Below, in pieces: positions 52,173-64,000 of a stretch of DNA of 64,000 nt (positions are counted from its first letter, which is position 1; every line of letters starts with the position of its first letter). Position numbers and translations under genes: made by a program. Source of the DNA: Octopus vulgaris (lineage: Eukaryota). The stretch lies in assembly GCA_951406725.2 (NCBI GenBank), contig OX597814.1, positions 86,738,001 to 86,802,000 of the forward strand, given 5' to 3'. The notes under the pieces were generated by a model. That model was not told where the DNA came from and did not search any database. It was given only the letters and a program-made list of their open reading frames with translations.

Positions 52173-55100
52173 TGTAATTGTAGGAAGCCAGTGTCAGGAG
52201 GTAACATTGCATATTTCATCATATAAGTGATTATAATTACCGAGGTTCTACTGCAAGTAATGCAAAAGTAGGCATAACTTTTGAGACAGGTACAAATTGC
52301 ACATTGGTAGAGTAACTGTTCTATCTCTTTGAAAAAAAATTCAGGTGTATACTGTTGTACTTACTTTCATCTTGACTGTGTCTATGAAAGTGTGGTCCTT
52401 TGTTGGATCAAACAGAAGTTCGATGGCACCACATGTGGGTTGATTGGTGGGGCAACTGACCAGCTCAATTTGCTGATTGCCTAATTTGTTACCAAAAATG
52501 TGTAGTTGTGCATTATCTTGGTGAATGTGAATCAATTTAGATTCTTGTTCAATCTATTCTTCCTAATAGCGTCTCTTAAGATTTTTGAGTGTCTTTCAAG
52601 GTACCACTCACTGTTCACAGTACACAGAAAAATAAAATTCAAGGAGAATGACATCTTTATTTTGAAGAAAAAAAACAATTACCATAACTTTCTACATCAG
52701 TTAATAGTTATTGAACTTAAATCTTGGAGGTGTGATGCCTTTGCATAGACTGAACATTTATTTCTGGCAAATAAAGATACAGGCATGTTTCATCTCTTGT
52801 CACTAGAATTGAATACGTTTTCAAACGTTTCCAGCAGATCAGAGTAGACTACCACTTTTCTCTCCTCCAGACTGCTATGTCAAGTATCTATTTTGCACAT
52901 ACTTTCCAATCCCCAAAGTCCCTTACCATCTTCTGTAATATAACCCAATCACAGTTCAGTAAGCAAGCTCAGGTTGTGACTCATCTGTCTGCACAAATTC
53001 ATCCACTTGTTGGCAATTCGTTTTAGTGGTTACAGTTGCTGATCCCCCATTGCATGGTTTGTCTTCAATGCTTTTTTTTTTTTCTTTCAATTTTTAAAAC
53101 TTCATACATTTGTAAACATAGCTCTTATCAGCAGTGTCATCTCTATATAGTCTTCTGTGGATATTCGGTGGCCTGCAACACCTCCGTCATCAAAAGAATT
53201 CAACGATAGCACATTGCTTGAAATCCATTGTCAGCAATGACAAACAGGAAGAATTACTCTCACAACACATGCAATCAGATTGATCTTTATCAGTTACTAA
53301 AGTTATAACCACTTTTACATTACTTCTGGCACAACTCTTGTATATTCCACCTAATTTGCTGCCCAATGTCTTTAAGTGATAATTTCAGCAGAGGCTAGAA
53401 AAGTGAGAGGAGTCCATGGAAGTTTACAATTCATGACCTACTAGCAGATCAATTTGGTAGTGAATTGGGGCTCTGGTAAGAAATGATGGTTTAATGTACA
53501 GTTAGGTATTTGAGCTAAGTCAATAAATGAAGCAAGTAGGTCTAGCATGTGCCGTCAGGGTAGGCAGTTGGTGACGTTTATGTAGTAAAACAAAAAATAA
53601 GCAAAACACAGGTGCATGACTTGAGTTGAAGGCAGATTTACTTCTGCCTTTATAGCATGTAAAGAAAATGACAGGAAGTGTATGCAGCACTTGTACTACA
53701 GCATTAATATGCATATTTTAAATACTGAGATTGAAAGGCAGGGGTGAATTATGCCTACCTAATCTACAAAAAATATTTTGCATTTTATGTATAGTAATCA
53801 GAGCAACCTTCATATTTTTATTGAATTAGGCACATATTTTACCATAAAAGAAAAATGTTGCTAATCAGTCTATTTTATTCAAGGTAGGCATTACCTACCT
53901 AGGCAGCACGTCCCTGAAGTAGGTCAATATTTTGTGTAGTGACTGAGGTATGTAATTAATGAGTACTCTAGGAATAAGGGCTTTCTGAGTACAGCACTAA
54001 AATTGGTAACTACTATCAGTTTGTAATTCAACTTCTGGTGTGGAAAGAATTACTTGTACCTCATCTAGATGTCAATTTACTTGATCACTTAATGATTTTA
54101 ATTGTATGATTAGCTTTTTAAAAATTGTTTATCAATAACTAAATGAGGTCCCACAAATTTATGACCTATTTGGATGGAGAGTATATTTTGTAATGTAAAT
54201 ATTGTGGTAGAAAACCTGGACAGGCCTGATAATTGCACTATTTGTTATTTTCAGAAAACTTGCAATTAGTGGTACTAACATAAAACAGTGACATCAAGAA
54301 TTTTTATCTTGTATGTATGATAGTAACATTAAATGTATCATTCAATCAATCAGTGGAGCAATGATTCAATTGTATTTAAGGATGGAGTTATCGAAAGGAC
54401 ATACTTGAAGAATTTCTTGTAATTGACCATACTTCTAGGTAGCATGGTTGAAAGGATTTATATTACAAGGTGTAATGGGATAACTGACCAGTCACAGTTT
54501 TCTAGAGAGGTTTGGAAATTCTTAATGAGAAAAGTTTTATGACAACTGGTTCAGCAGATGGTAGTATCTCTATTTTTGGGTTCCATTGAAATATCTTAAA
54601 TATTTGCATCACTAATTGAACAGAATTTTTGTGCCACCCAAAATCTGTTTTGTTACATGATTTTTTCTTCAAATATATTAAAATGAAAAATGTTTGAATG
54701 AAGCTTCATGAATTATGGTTGAAATCATAATCTAGTTTTCAGTGTTAATTTAACACTGGAAGTGCCATAAGGGAAGTTGTATACTGATGCATCAGGCCTT
54801 ATGGCTTATAAATATTCCAAATAATTATTTAATGCCTGTATATAGAGATTACAACTCAAGATTATTTACTGCTAAAGTTTCTATAACTGGTACATAGAAT
54901 CAGTCATGTAGATTGAGACAAATCTTCCAGTTCAAGAACCAAATCGGTAGCAGTGAAACAATGGTTTTCATTGCAACAGATGGATATTGCTTGCAGAGAA
55001 CTGCCTGCTTTTCAGTGCTGAACAACCAGAGTACTGATATACTGTAAATCACTATAACAATCATTTAAAACTAAATTGGTTACAAATCACTGAAGATGTG

Positions 55101-55204
55101 AATTGTATGGACTTAGGTACAGAAAAAAACCATTCATGTTTATAACTTGTTAATGAAATAGTTCAAGCACATGTTTATCGCAGACACAGCAAGATTGTCA
55201 ACAT

Positions 55205-55210
55205 TTTATT
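55205..55210 (-). promoter_or_regulatory. Candidate UBE2L3 polyadenylation signal
   Basis: AATAAA on the minus strand ~1.06 kb past the stop, followed by GT-rich sequence. An alternative lies at 55315-55320. Confidence 0.35.
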
Positions 55211-55431
55211 GAATATGTGACATTTGAAACTATGATATAATAAGCATTCAAGAGAGCAGTCATTTGTGTAACACCAATACAAAGTCTAATTCAACTAATT
55301 GTTTTTTTTATTTCTTTATTCTGAATGATGTAGATTTTTAATACACTAGAAGAGTTATGGAGGATGCAAACGTGAAGGTTATCACATGATAGAAATTAAG
55401 AATATATTTTCCCCACCAAAGAGTAAGGAAA

Positions 55432-55486
<55 letters not shown>

Positions 55487-56267
55487 CGACTTGAACAACA
55501 TCAGGAATGAAATTGCCTTTCAAAAAGTATTTCCTAAAAACCAGACAGACTTCTGGAAAAAAGACAAACAGTATCAATAAATTAACAATACAATGTTAAT
55601 GTAGATGTTAAAATAAAAAGCTGAACACATGAAAGTTTTTCACCTGAATGTAAATAGGTTGTAAAGATTCATAGGGAAGTGAGCCACTGACTTCTGATTA
55701 AAAACTGAATATTTAGTCTGTAAATGTAGGTTATTAATTGTAAGAACAGTCCTTTCTGAGTAGAGAATAAATTATAAACATCTCTAAGGAAAATTAAAGA
55801 ATAAAAATTAATTGGAGGAAATTCTTGAATTAATCTGAATCTGGCATTTATTTTATTAGTTTCATGAATTTTCCAAAGTTAGATAAAAGAATCAAGCTAT
55901 TGCAAATATAGCTGTGGAATATTTCACATTTACAGAAGGGCTGCCTCACAACCTCAGACAGAATAAAAGCTTCTAAAGACAGAATTTGGAAAAAGCATGA
56001 ATGTTCTATTTGCAAGACTAGTTTATGATTTTATTTTAAGTTTTATTAAAATTGATTATCACTATAACAGTCAAAAGAGGTAAACATGTCTATATTTTTG
56101 AATGTAAGCATGTTTATGTAAGTGTGTGCATGCGTGTGTATTTGTAAACAATGCTCCCGTGAACATAGTTCACTGAAAGCAAAGAAGAAAGTCACGCTCA
56201 TGGAGACATCCAAGAGGGTGTTGTAATTAGTGTCTGAAAAAGATACACATACAATAGAAAGTGCTTG

Positions 56268-56422
56268 TTAGTCACTTGGTCTCTTTTCTCCAAATTTCTT
56301 AGTATGTTCTTCAGCATTCTTCAAGAACTTTTTCTTATCTTTAGTAAATTCTTCTGCTAAATCAGCTCTAAGAGGGTGCTCTGGCTCTGGGTCATTAACC
56401 AATGCCAACAATGCCTCTATAA
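56268..56422 (-). CDS. UBE2L3: Ubiquitin-conjugating enzyme E2 L3-like, last coding exon
   Basis: cttgtag|(V)[50 protein letters not shown]. Confidence 0.95.
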
Positions 56423-57672
56423 CTACAAGAGAAAAAAAAAAGAAAGCATTAGATTATACATCTAAATTCAGACTCCAACTTGTCATTGCCATGTTGGTGT
56501 CCATTTATTTCAGTTAATTAACTAATCAATATTAAGTGAAAGGAATACTAAACTGGTATTCATCAGTTCAATAGTATTGGGGGAACATAAATCAACAAGG
56601 GATCCTACAGCTGCTGATCCAATAAAGCAGCAACCAAAACAACCCTAGTTTTAAAAAAAATGGAAAGATACATTGAATAAAATACCCCCAGACACACTAT
56701 ATAAAGAAAGAGATGGAGGTGTGTTCCACATCTGATAAGTCTGCTTGATCAAGGGGCTGCCTTTGAACCAAATAACTTAAGTGCGTAACACTATTATAGT
56801 TAATCTTTTAGTGGCTTATTTGGGGAGCAGAGACATGCTAAATCTGAAAGTCAATGAGATTCTGGGGGAAAATAATTCAATAATTATGCAAAATAAGGTG
56901 CAGCAGCCCATTAGGAAGTTTGATTAATTATAGCATGAAAAGGTTTAAAAGGCTAATAAACATTAAAATTAATAAAAGAAAACCATCAGTAAATATGTTT
57001 CCATTCACTCAAAAGTATCTTAAATTTGTATGATAACTGAATTAAAATATCTTCAATATTTACACTTGTCAATGTTATCTAGTTGTCTTTTGAGATGTGA
57101 CATCATCATCATTTGTTACTGAAAGAATGCTGGTTCACACATACATTCACATACTTGTACATGCACACACATACTCAGAGTTGAAATGCTGTTTGATTTT
57201 TCTTTTCAGTGTTGAATGTTCATCATCCCACTTCCATTACACATACATACATACACACACACACACACAGTTGAAATGCTCCCACTACCAGTTCGTCATC
57301 TCCCCTTCCATCCTTATTCATATGTTGTGATGGAGAAAAACACGAGTATTATTATAGTAGATAAATCTACTTTCAGGGTAAATTTCTCAGATTTTACTTA
57401 CTTTTTTTAATGCCAGCATAAAGTTAAAACCACATTATTTTAACTCATTCAACCATCAAATCACAATGCCTCTGAAGCTTTTGGCACAGATTAAGTGAAA
57501 GTTAATTTCTACCTTGTAATAAAGGATTTTACAACTAATACTATAGAAGACTGATTTCTGTTGTGCTCACCCATTAAATCTTTGTTAGAGAATTTATATG
57601 CATAAAATATATAAACTGTCAAATGACTACACTACAGTTCCCAATAAAGCTTAGAATTTGTTAAAAGGTTAC

Positions 57673-57859
57673 CTTGGTCCATTTTTGAAGCTGGTTTCCA
57701 ATTCTCTGCACTGATAATTGGCAGGCATACCTGACCTTTCTCATCAACATTGGGATGATAAATCTTGGTTTGGAACGTAATTCGTGGTGGCTTGAAAGGA
57801 TATTCAGCTGGGAACTCTATCTGTATTTTAAATGCTCCTTTATTATAGGGAGGATTGTC
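57673..57859 (-). CDS. UBE2L3: UBE2L3-like catalytic exon (187 nt)
   Basis: ttacag|[62 protein letters not shown], with the HPN motif and active-site Cys. Donor G|gtaacctttt. Confidence 0.96.
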
Positions 57860-59099
57860 CTGTAATATAAAAGCATCTAGGCTGATCAATCTTTTAAATG
57901 GGAATAGGTTTCACAAAAGTGGTGCATAAATCCTGAAAGCTTAAAAGACAAAAATGTATTACAACTGTAACAACCATAGTTTCCTCCATTAACACAAAAC
58001 CACATTTTTACAAGTGAAAGAATCACTCCTCTAATATACCTGTAGCCATGATGATCTTTCACAACTTAACTTGTGAAACATCATCATGCATTTTGATCTA
58101 GCATTTTAGAAATTTATATAAGTTACATCAGGTCTAAAGGTTTCAAATATAAAAGGAAAGATCATATTCATTGACCCTTTTCTTACCCTGGTTCTGTTGA
58201 AACACACTGTGTTTGATTGTGTAATTTTGAAATACAAAAAAATTAGTAAAAGAAATCATTTTGGAACAGAAATTAAGATTTTTGTGAAGTTGTAATTTAA
58301 ATCACTTTAAAACTGGATATTTGTATCATTGAAATAAAAGTTGTCTCCGACAGGTAGTATGGGGGAGGGGGTAACAGTTTGGTGTAGAGCTACGGCACAC
58401 AGTTTGACAAAAACCAAGAGAAGTCAATAGCTAGATTGCAACAGACAAAAGCAATATTTCTAAAAGTATTTGTATTTTATATCAAGTAAATAACTATCCC
58501 AGGCTGAAGTATTTCTTGGCTCTAGTGCCTCCTTTGTTACACTGAATTAGGTTACTGGGGTATAATCCTATAATATCCTTTTGTATTTCTCATTTTTATT
58601 TAACCCTTTCATAATCACACCTGAAACTTTTCAGTCTACTTGCTTCCACCTGTAATTATTAATTCATACTGGAGTGAGAATATTGATAAAAATTTATGTC
58701 AGTGTAATAATGTGTATAAATATCTTCAAATACAAACTAAGATAATTTTGAAGCAACTTAGATATTTAGATAAAGCAAAGTACATGTCTAATGTTCTGAA
58801 TTGTTTAAACTCCTGCTGATTCTTTTAAAATTCATATTAATTTCATCATTTGACCTACAATGCAGCATTTACTAATGGATAGTGAAAGTCTCAAAGCAAT
58901 GACAACTTGTTTTAAGCTACAAGTACTAGTATTTCACAATGTATTAAGAGAATGCTGGTGGCTAAGAAGCCTGCATTCCTCACTGTATGCACAGTTAAGG
59001 AATCCAATATTACAATACATAATGTTAAGAATACAGCATATAATTGCACTGTGAAGGTAGGTGTCAGTAACACTGACAAAAAGAAATGAACATATTGAG

Positions 59100-59400
59100 T
59101 CATTTCAATGGTTAAATGAATGCCTACAATTATCACTGGAAATATCTTTGAAAACGCTTACATTCAAAATATAATAGGATGATTTCACTAGAAAAGTTCA
59201 TTTACAGTTAGAGATTGCCAACAGCCTTGGAAAACTTATGAGGAAAGATTATGCTGAGTTTGTGATGAAATTTTCTGATGAAGACAAAGTTACATATATT
59301 GATGAAACAAATGTCAAACTTTCCCTTGCAGAAAGAAAGTACCTTTTTCTAAAAGGTCCAAATGTGCATAATTCTCTTTTGGAATGGATTATGATTTAGT
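59100..59400 (+). mobile_element. IS630/Tc1-like transposase remnant
   Basis: Open frame TRKVHLQLEIANS...RKDYAEFVMKFSDEDKVTYIDETNVKL...KGPNVH contains the first DDE aspartate motif IDET. Confidence 0.6.
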
Positions 59401-59759
59401 AATGTTTATTTTATTGCAAAATGCTATGTTTCACTGGCTGTAAGCAGCCTTCTGTGCAATCAGTGATGAATTTAGAAAGGTTTAAAAAAAAAAAAAAAAA
59501 GAAATAAGGTGTCAGAAATGACATAGAAAGGAGAAAAATGTAATACACATTGCCAATCAAAGCCTAATATCAAATTCTTCTTCACCCTACTTTATTCAAG
59601 ATTAATATTGTCATTATTATGATTATTATGTATCAACGTATGTAACTCCTTTTTTATTACCCTCTATAAGTAGGTCAAACAAAAGAAATTGAGAATCCAG
59701 GAACCTTCAGATCACTTCTAACACTCAACTGAAGTATTTTGACTATATGCAAATAACCA

Positions 59760-61092
59760 CTTTTGCCAAGTCTGTCCGTAAACGAAGTGATCTCAAGATA
59801 AGAAATCTTTGAACTTTAATTCATCCGTATCTCTATTTATTATTATTATTTATTAATTATTATTATTCTGATCCCCCTAGTCGCCACTCTGTTTACTATT
59901 TCAGCCTCGCCTCGTTTTTGCATATTCTGTATAATTCACTAGTTATCGTTATAGATATTTAAGATCTATCTCCCTTATAGAAATTGGCTGCCGATTCTTC
60001 GCGGGGTTTTTTCTCTTCCCCTCTTTTTACATTGTCGTCTGTCTGGACTCCTCTCTTCCTACCACCCGCCATGGCTATGCATACTTAAGCTAGTAAACTG
60101 CCTCATTCTTGATTCCGAATTCCTTTTGCCAAGTCTGTCCGTAAACGAAGTGATCTCAAGATAAGAAATCTTTGAACTTTAATTCATCCGTATCTCTATT
60201 TATTATTATTATTTATTAATTATTATTATTCTGATCCCCCTAGTCGCCACTCTGTTTACTATTTCAGCCTCGCCTCGTTTTTGCATATTCTGTATAATTC
60301 ACTAGTTATCGTTATAGATATTTAAGATCTATCTCCCTTATAGAAATTGGCTGCCGATTCTTCGCGGGGTTTTTCTCTTCCCCTCTTTTTACATTGTCGT
60401 CTGTCTGGACTCCTCTCTTCCTACCACCCGCCATGGCTATGCATACTTAAGCTAGTAAACTGCCTCATTCTTGATTCCGAATTCCTTTTGCCAAGTCTGT
60501 CCGTAAACGAAGTGATCTCAAGATAAGAAATCTTTGAACTTTAATTCATCCGTATCTCTATTTATTATTATTATTTATTAATTATTATTATTCTGATCCC
60601 CCTAGTCGCCACTCTGTTTACTATTTCAGCCTCGCCTCGTTTTTGCATATTCTGTATAATTCACTAGTTATCGTTATAGATATTTAAGATCTATCTCCCT
60701 TATAGAAATTGGCTGCCGATTCTTCGCGGGGTTTTTTCTCTTCCCCTCTTTTTACATTGTCGTCTGTCTGGACTCCTCTCTTCCTACCACCCGCCATGGC
60801 TATGCATACTTAAGCTAGTAAACTGCCTCATTCTTGATTCCGAATTCCTTTTGCCAAGTCTGTCCGTAAACGAAGTGATCTCAAGATAAGAAATCTTTGA
60901 ACTTTAATTCATCCGTATCTCTATTTATTATTATTATTTATTAATTATTATTATTCTGATCCCCCTAGTCGCCACTCTGTTTACTATTTCAACCTCGCCT
61001 CGTTTTTGCATATTCTGTATAATTCACTAGTTATCGTTATAGATATTTAAGATCTATCTCCCTTATAGAAATTGGCTGCCGATTCTTCGCGG
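59760..61092. repeat. Tandem array, 362-363-bp unit x ~3.7, near-identical copies
   Basis: TTTTGCCAAGTCTGTCCG starts at 59761, 60124, 60486 and 60849. By eye the copies differ only by a T-run length and about one substitution. Confidence 0.97.
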
Positions 61093-61170
61093 CGCGCCCG
61101 CCCTACCCACCCCCACCACCAATACCGGATATCTCTATTTTGCTCCAACTATACCGGATGTCGTTTTTCT

Positions 61171-61953
61171 CCCACCACCATTATAGGTGTCTACTCTTTG
61201 AACCCCCTCTTCAATACGCTATTTCACCATGCATTACCCCTCTCTCGATATCCTACGTTCTACTTGCCTAGAACCTGTCCTCTGGACCACCCCTCCCACT
61301 GGTGCTCCCCTATATTTCTGCATCCCCCCACCACCATTATAGGTGTCTACTCTTTGAATCCCCCTCTTCAATACGCTATTTCACCATGCATTACCCCTCT
61401 CTCGATATCCTACGTTCTACTTGCCTAGAACCTGTCCTCTGAACCACCCCTCCCACTGGTGCTCCCCTATATTTCTGCACCCCCCACCACCATTATAGGT
61501 GTCTACTCTTTGAACCCCCTCTTCAATACGCTATTCACCATGCATTACCCCTCTCTCGATATCCTACGTTCTACTTGCCTAGAACCTGTCCTCTGAACCA
61601 CCCCTCCCACTGGTGCTCCCCTATATTTTATGCACCCCCCACCACCATTATAGGTGTCTACTCTTTGAACCCCCTCTTCAATACGCTATTTCACCATGCA
61701 TTACCCCTCTCTCGATATCCTACGTTCTACTTGCCTAGAACCTGTCCCCTGAACCACCCCTCCCACTGGTGCTCCCCTATATTTCTGCACCCCCCACCAC
61801 CATTATAGGTGTCTACTCTTTGAACCCCCTCTTCAATACGCTATTTCACCATGCATTACCCCTCTCTCGATATCCTACGTTCTACTTGACTAGTACCTGT
61901 CCTCTGAACCACCCCTCCCACTGGTGCTCCCCTATATTTCTGCACCCCCCCCC
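61171..61953. repeat. Tandem array, 155-156-bp C-rich unit x 5
   Basis: ATTATAGGTGTCTACTC starts at 61180, 61336, 61492, 61647 and 61802. Confidence 0.97.
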
Positions 61954-62197
61954 ATAAAAAGCACCATCCGAACGTGGCCGATGCCAGACCCCTCTGGCAC
62001 CTGTGCAGGTGGCACGTAAAAAACACCCACTACACTCGCGGAGTGGTTGGCGTTAGGAAGGGCATCCAGCTGTAGAAACACTGCCAGACTAGACTGGAGC
62101 CTGGGGCAGTCCCGAGCTCCCCAGACCCCGGTCGAAACCGTCCAACCCGTGCTAGCGCGGAAAACGGACGTTAAACGATGATGATGATGATGATGAT
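61954..62197 (+). mobile_element. Young RTE-tail SINE / LINE 3' end
   Basis: CpG-intact copy ending GCTAGCGCGGAAAACGGACGTTAAAC(GAT)7, directly abutting the 155-bp array. Confidence 0.85.
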
Positions 62198-62496
62198 ATC
62201 ATCGTGACTGCTCAGGCTATCAGATGTTGCTACACATTACTGGTCACAATGCGCTTCGCATTGTTTTAGCCTTGAAATTACACCACCCTGCTGGCTAAGC
62301 GAGCAGGCCAACAGAAGAAAGAGTGAAAGTCGTGGCGAAAGAGTACAGAAGAGATTGCCACCACCCCCTACTGGAGCCTCGTGGAGCTTTAGGTGTTTTT
62401 GCTCAATAAACACTCAATGCCAAGTCTGGGAATTGAAACCGCGATCCTAAGACCGCGAGTCTGCTGCCCTAACCACTGGGCTATTGCGCCTCCACA
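62198..62496 (-). mobile_element. tRNA-derived SINE (OR-like)
   Basis: Minus strand GGAGGCGCAATAGCCCAGTGGTTAGGGCAGCAGACTCGCGGTC...GGTTTCAATTCCC gives A and B boxes followed by a non-tRNA body. Confidence 0.7.
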
Positions 62497-63549
62497 CACA
62501 TATATTCACTGTCAAAATGTAAATATTGGTTAAATAAAGGATAAAAAATAAAACTCATTCCAAATTCAAAAGTAATTAAAAGTTGTGCTTTTAAACAATT
62601 TTACAGGTTTTAAATTTGAAATCAATTTCTTTACACAAAATAATAGACATTATTATTACAAACACCAAACACTTTTACCATTAGGCACATTAGGTTTAGA
62701 AAACACAAAATAATTCAGTTGTTGCATGACTTGCTAAAAATAGCAGCCAAAACTTTCACAAACCACTCAGTAGGCTATATTGAATGATATAGTTCCTGAT
62801 ATGCAAATGAAATTGTCACAATTAAACATCTTTCATTATAGTCTTTTAATGGATGATCTGAAACTACAGAATAACAAAGTTTACATTGAGCCAAATGCAG
62901 CAAGACACTGCAACGAAATTTCCCTATTATCACAACCGTCTTAAATTAAGAAAAGATATTTTAGAAAATGTAGTGTCAGATTGGATCCTACTGCAAGGTG
63001 TCTTGAATAAATTTGTTTTCTATAGTCAGATATGTGGATTATACTTGTAATTCAAAAAGGTACAACCTTATCACACACTGTATCACATTAATTCTACCTG
63101 AGAATTATGTTATGGGAACATATGTCTGCTCAGCCAATTACATGTTAATTTAGGAGCAGGTAATCCATTTGATGAAACTACTGAATGATGAAGACCCATC
63201 ACACAATTTGGACTAAGCTTTGCCCGACTGTAAAACTTAGGGTCCAAGCCAAAGCAAATCTTATAATAAATCTGATTTACATTTGGCCAGCAACTTTTCA
63301 CTTTCAAAGCAAGATGGTCTATTCTGATATTTTCACATTGTAGCAAACACTATCTTTATGATTTCCCAAACTGTCTTGATTAGATTCAGAAAAGACCAAT
63401 ATTAATTGGTTTGAATTACCAATTAGACATTACTCAAAAATTCAACAAGGATACAAAATAAAATTACAGCCCCATAACTATTTATGTTCACTTTGTGTGT
63501 GTGTGCATGTGTGAGAGAGATATAAAGAGATGAATGAAAAACCACTTAC

Positions 63550-63645
63550 AGGCACTAATAGGCAGTTCCAAAGAAGTATATTAGAGCGATCAGGATTTAT
63601 TTCACAATATGATTTGTTGATTCCAGTTTTCAATTCAGTTAGTTC
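63550..63645 (-). CDS. UBE2L3: UBE2L3-like coding exon 2 (96 nt)
   Basis: tttttctag|ELTELKTGINKSYCEINPDRSNILLWNCLLVP|gtaagt. It has the same length as, and aligns with, human ELEEIRKCGMKNFRNIQVDEANLLTWQGLIVP. Exon 1 is outside the window. Confidence 0.9.
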
Positions 63646-64000
63646 CTAGAAAAATAAAAGAAAAAAAAACATTTGAGAAAGTTCATTTAATAGCTACTGA
63701 AGTTACAAAAATGATTAAATAGGTTTGTTAAAAGTACATATTTTCAATATTTGAACGATATCATGTAACTACTTGATGTGATAAACTGACAGAAGTTATT
63801 CAACAGTGGGGCAATTCAACCATTTTACTATTAGACTGGTGGAAGAAACATCAACCAAGGATTATTTCTTCACTATAATGAAGAAGCAAACAAACAATTT
63901 TGAAACAAAAATAATATTCTTCAAATGGTAGTACTTGTTACCATATGACTTGTATGATAGCAAAGCTCTAATTAACCATCCTGCACATATTATATAGATA

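Noticed and set aside
59272-59320. Hammerhead-like string TTTT-CTGATGA...GAAAC-AAAT-GTC-AAA
   Set aside because: There is no convincing stem II, and the sequence is explained as transposase coding (FSDEDKVTYIDETNVK).
59760-61953. CRISPR-like array
   Set aside because: The units are contiguous near-identical repeats without unique spacers, the context is eukaryotic, and there are no cas genes.
61072-61957. Repetitive ORFs (PTTIIGVYSLNPLFNTL...)
   Set aside because: They are a by-product of the 155-156-bp repeat. Indels shift the frame between units and they lie antisense within an intron.
62420-62496. tRNA gene
   Set aside because: The A/B boxes continue into a SINE body and no proper acceptor stem forms. 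The same applies to the other tRNA-like heads.

Overview
AT-rich, intron- and repeat-rich eukaryotic DNA. The SINE/LINE repertoire and (TA)n/(CA)n tracts suggest an octopus genome, which is an inference. Three spliced housekeeping genes can be assembled by eye. Derlin-2 (minus strand) has coding exons 1-2 here, with the rest off the left edge. SUDS3/SDS3 (plus strand) is complete, with 9 coding exons, a 936-nt CDS and 311 aa. UBE2L3/UbcH7-like (minus strand) has coding exons 2-4 here, with exon 1 off the right edge. The rest is decayed mobile DNA: RTE, L1/Tx1, CRE and Penelope retroelements; Helitron, Tigger, mariner, IS630-like, hAT and piggyBac DNA elements; and tRNA- and RTE-tail SINEs. The main findings are (1) a textbook U12 AT-AC minor intron in SUDS3, (2) a UBE2L3 intron with a U12-like donor but a U2-type 3' end, (3) Penelope-type minimal hammerhead ribozyme motifs in Derlin-2 intron 1, and (4) a young 2.4-kb composite of two near-identical tandem arrays (363 bp and 155 bp) fused to a SINE tail in a UBE2L3 intron. 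No CRISPR, rRNA or true tRNA genes were seen. Most ORFs in the supplied track are spurious.
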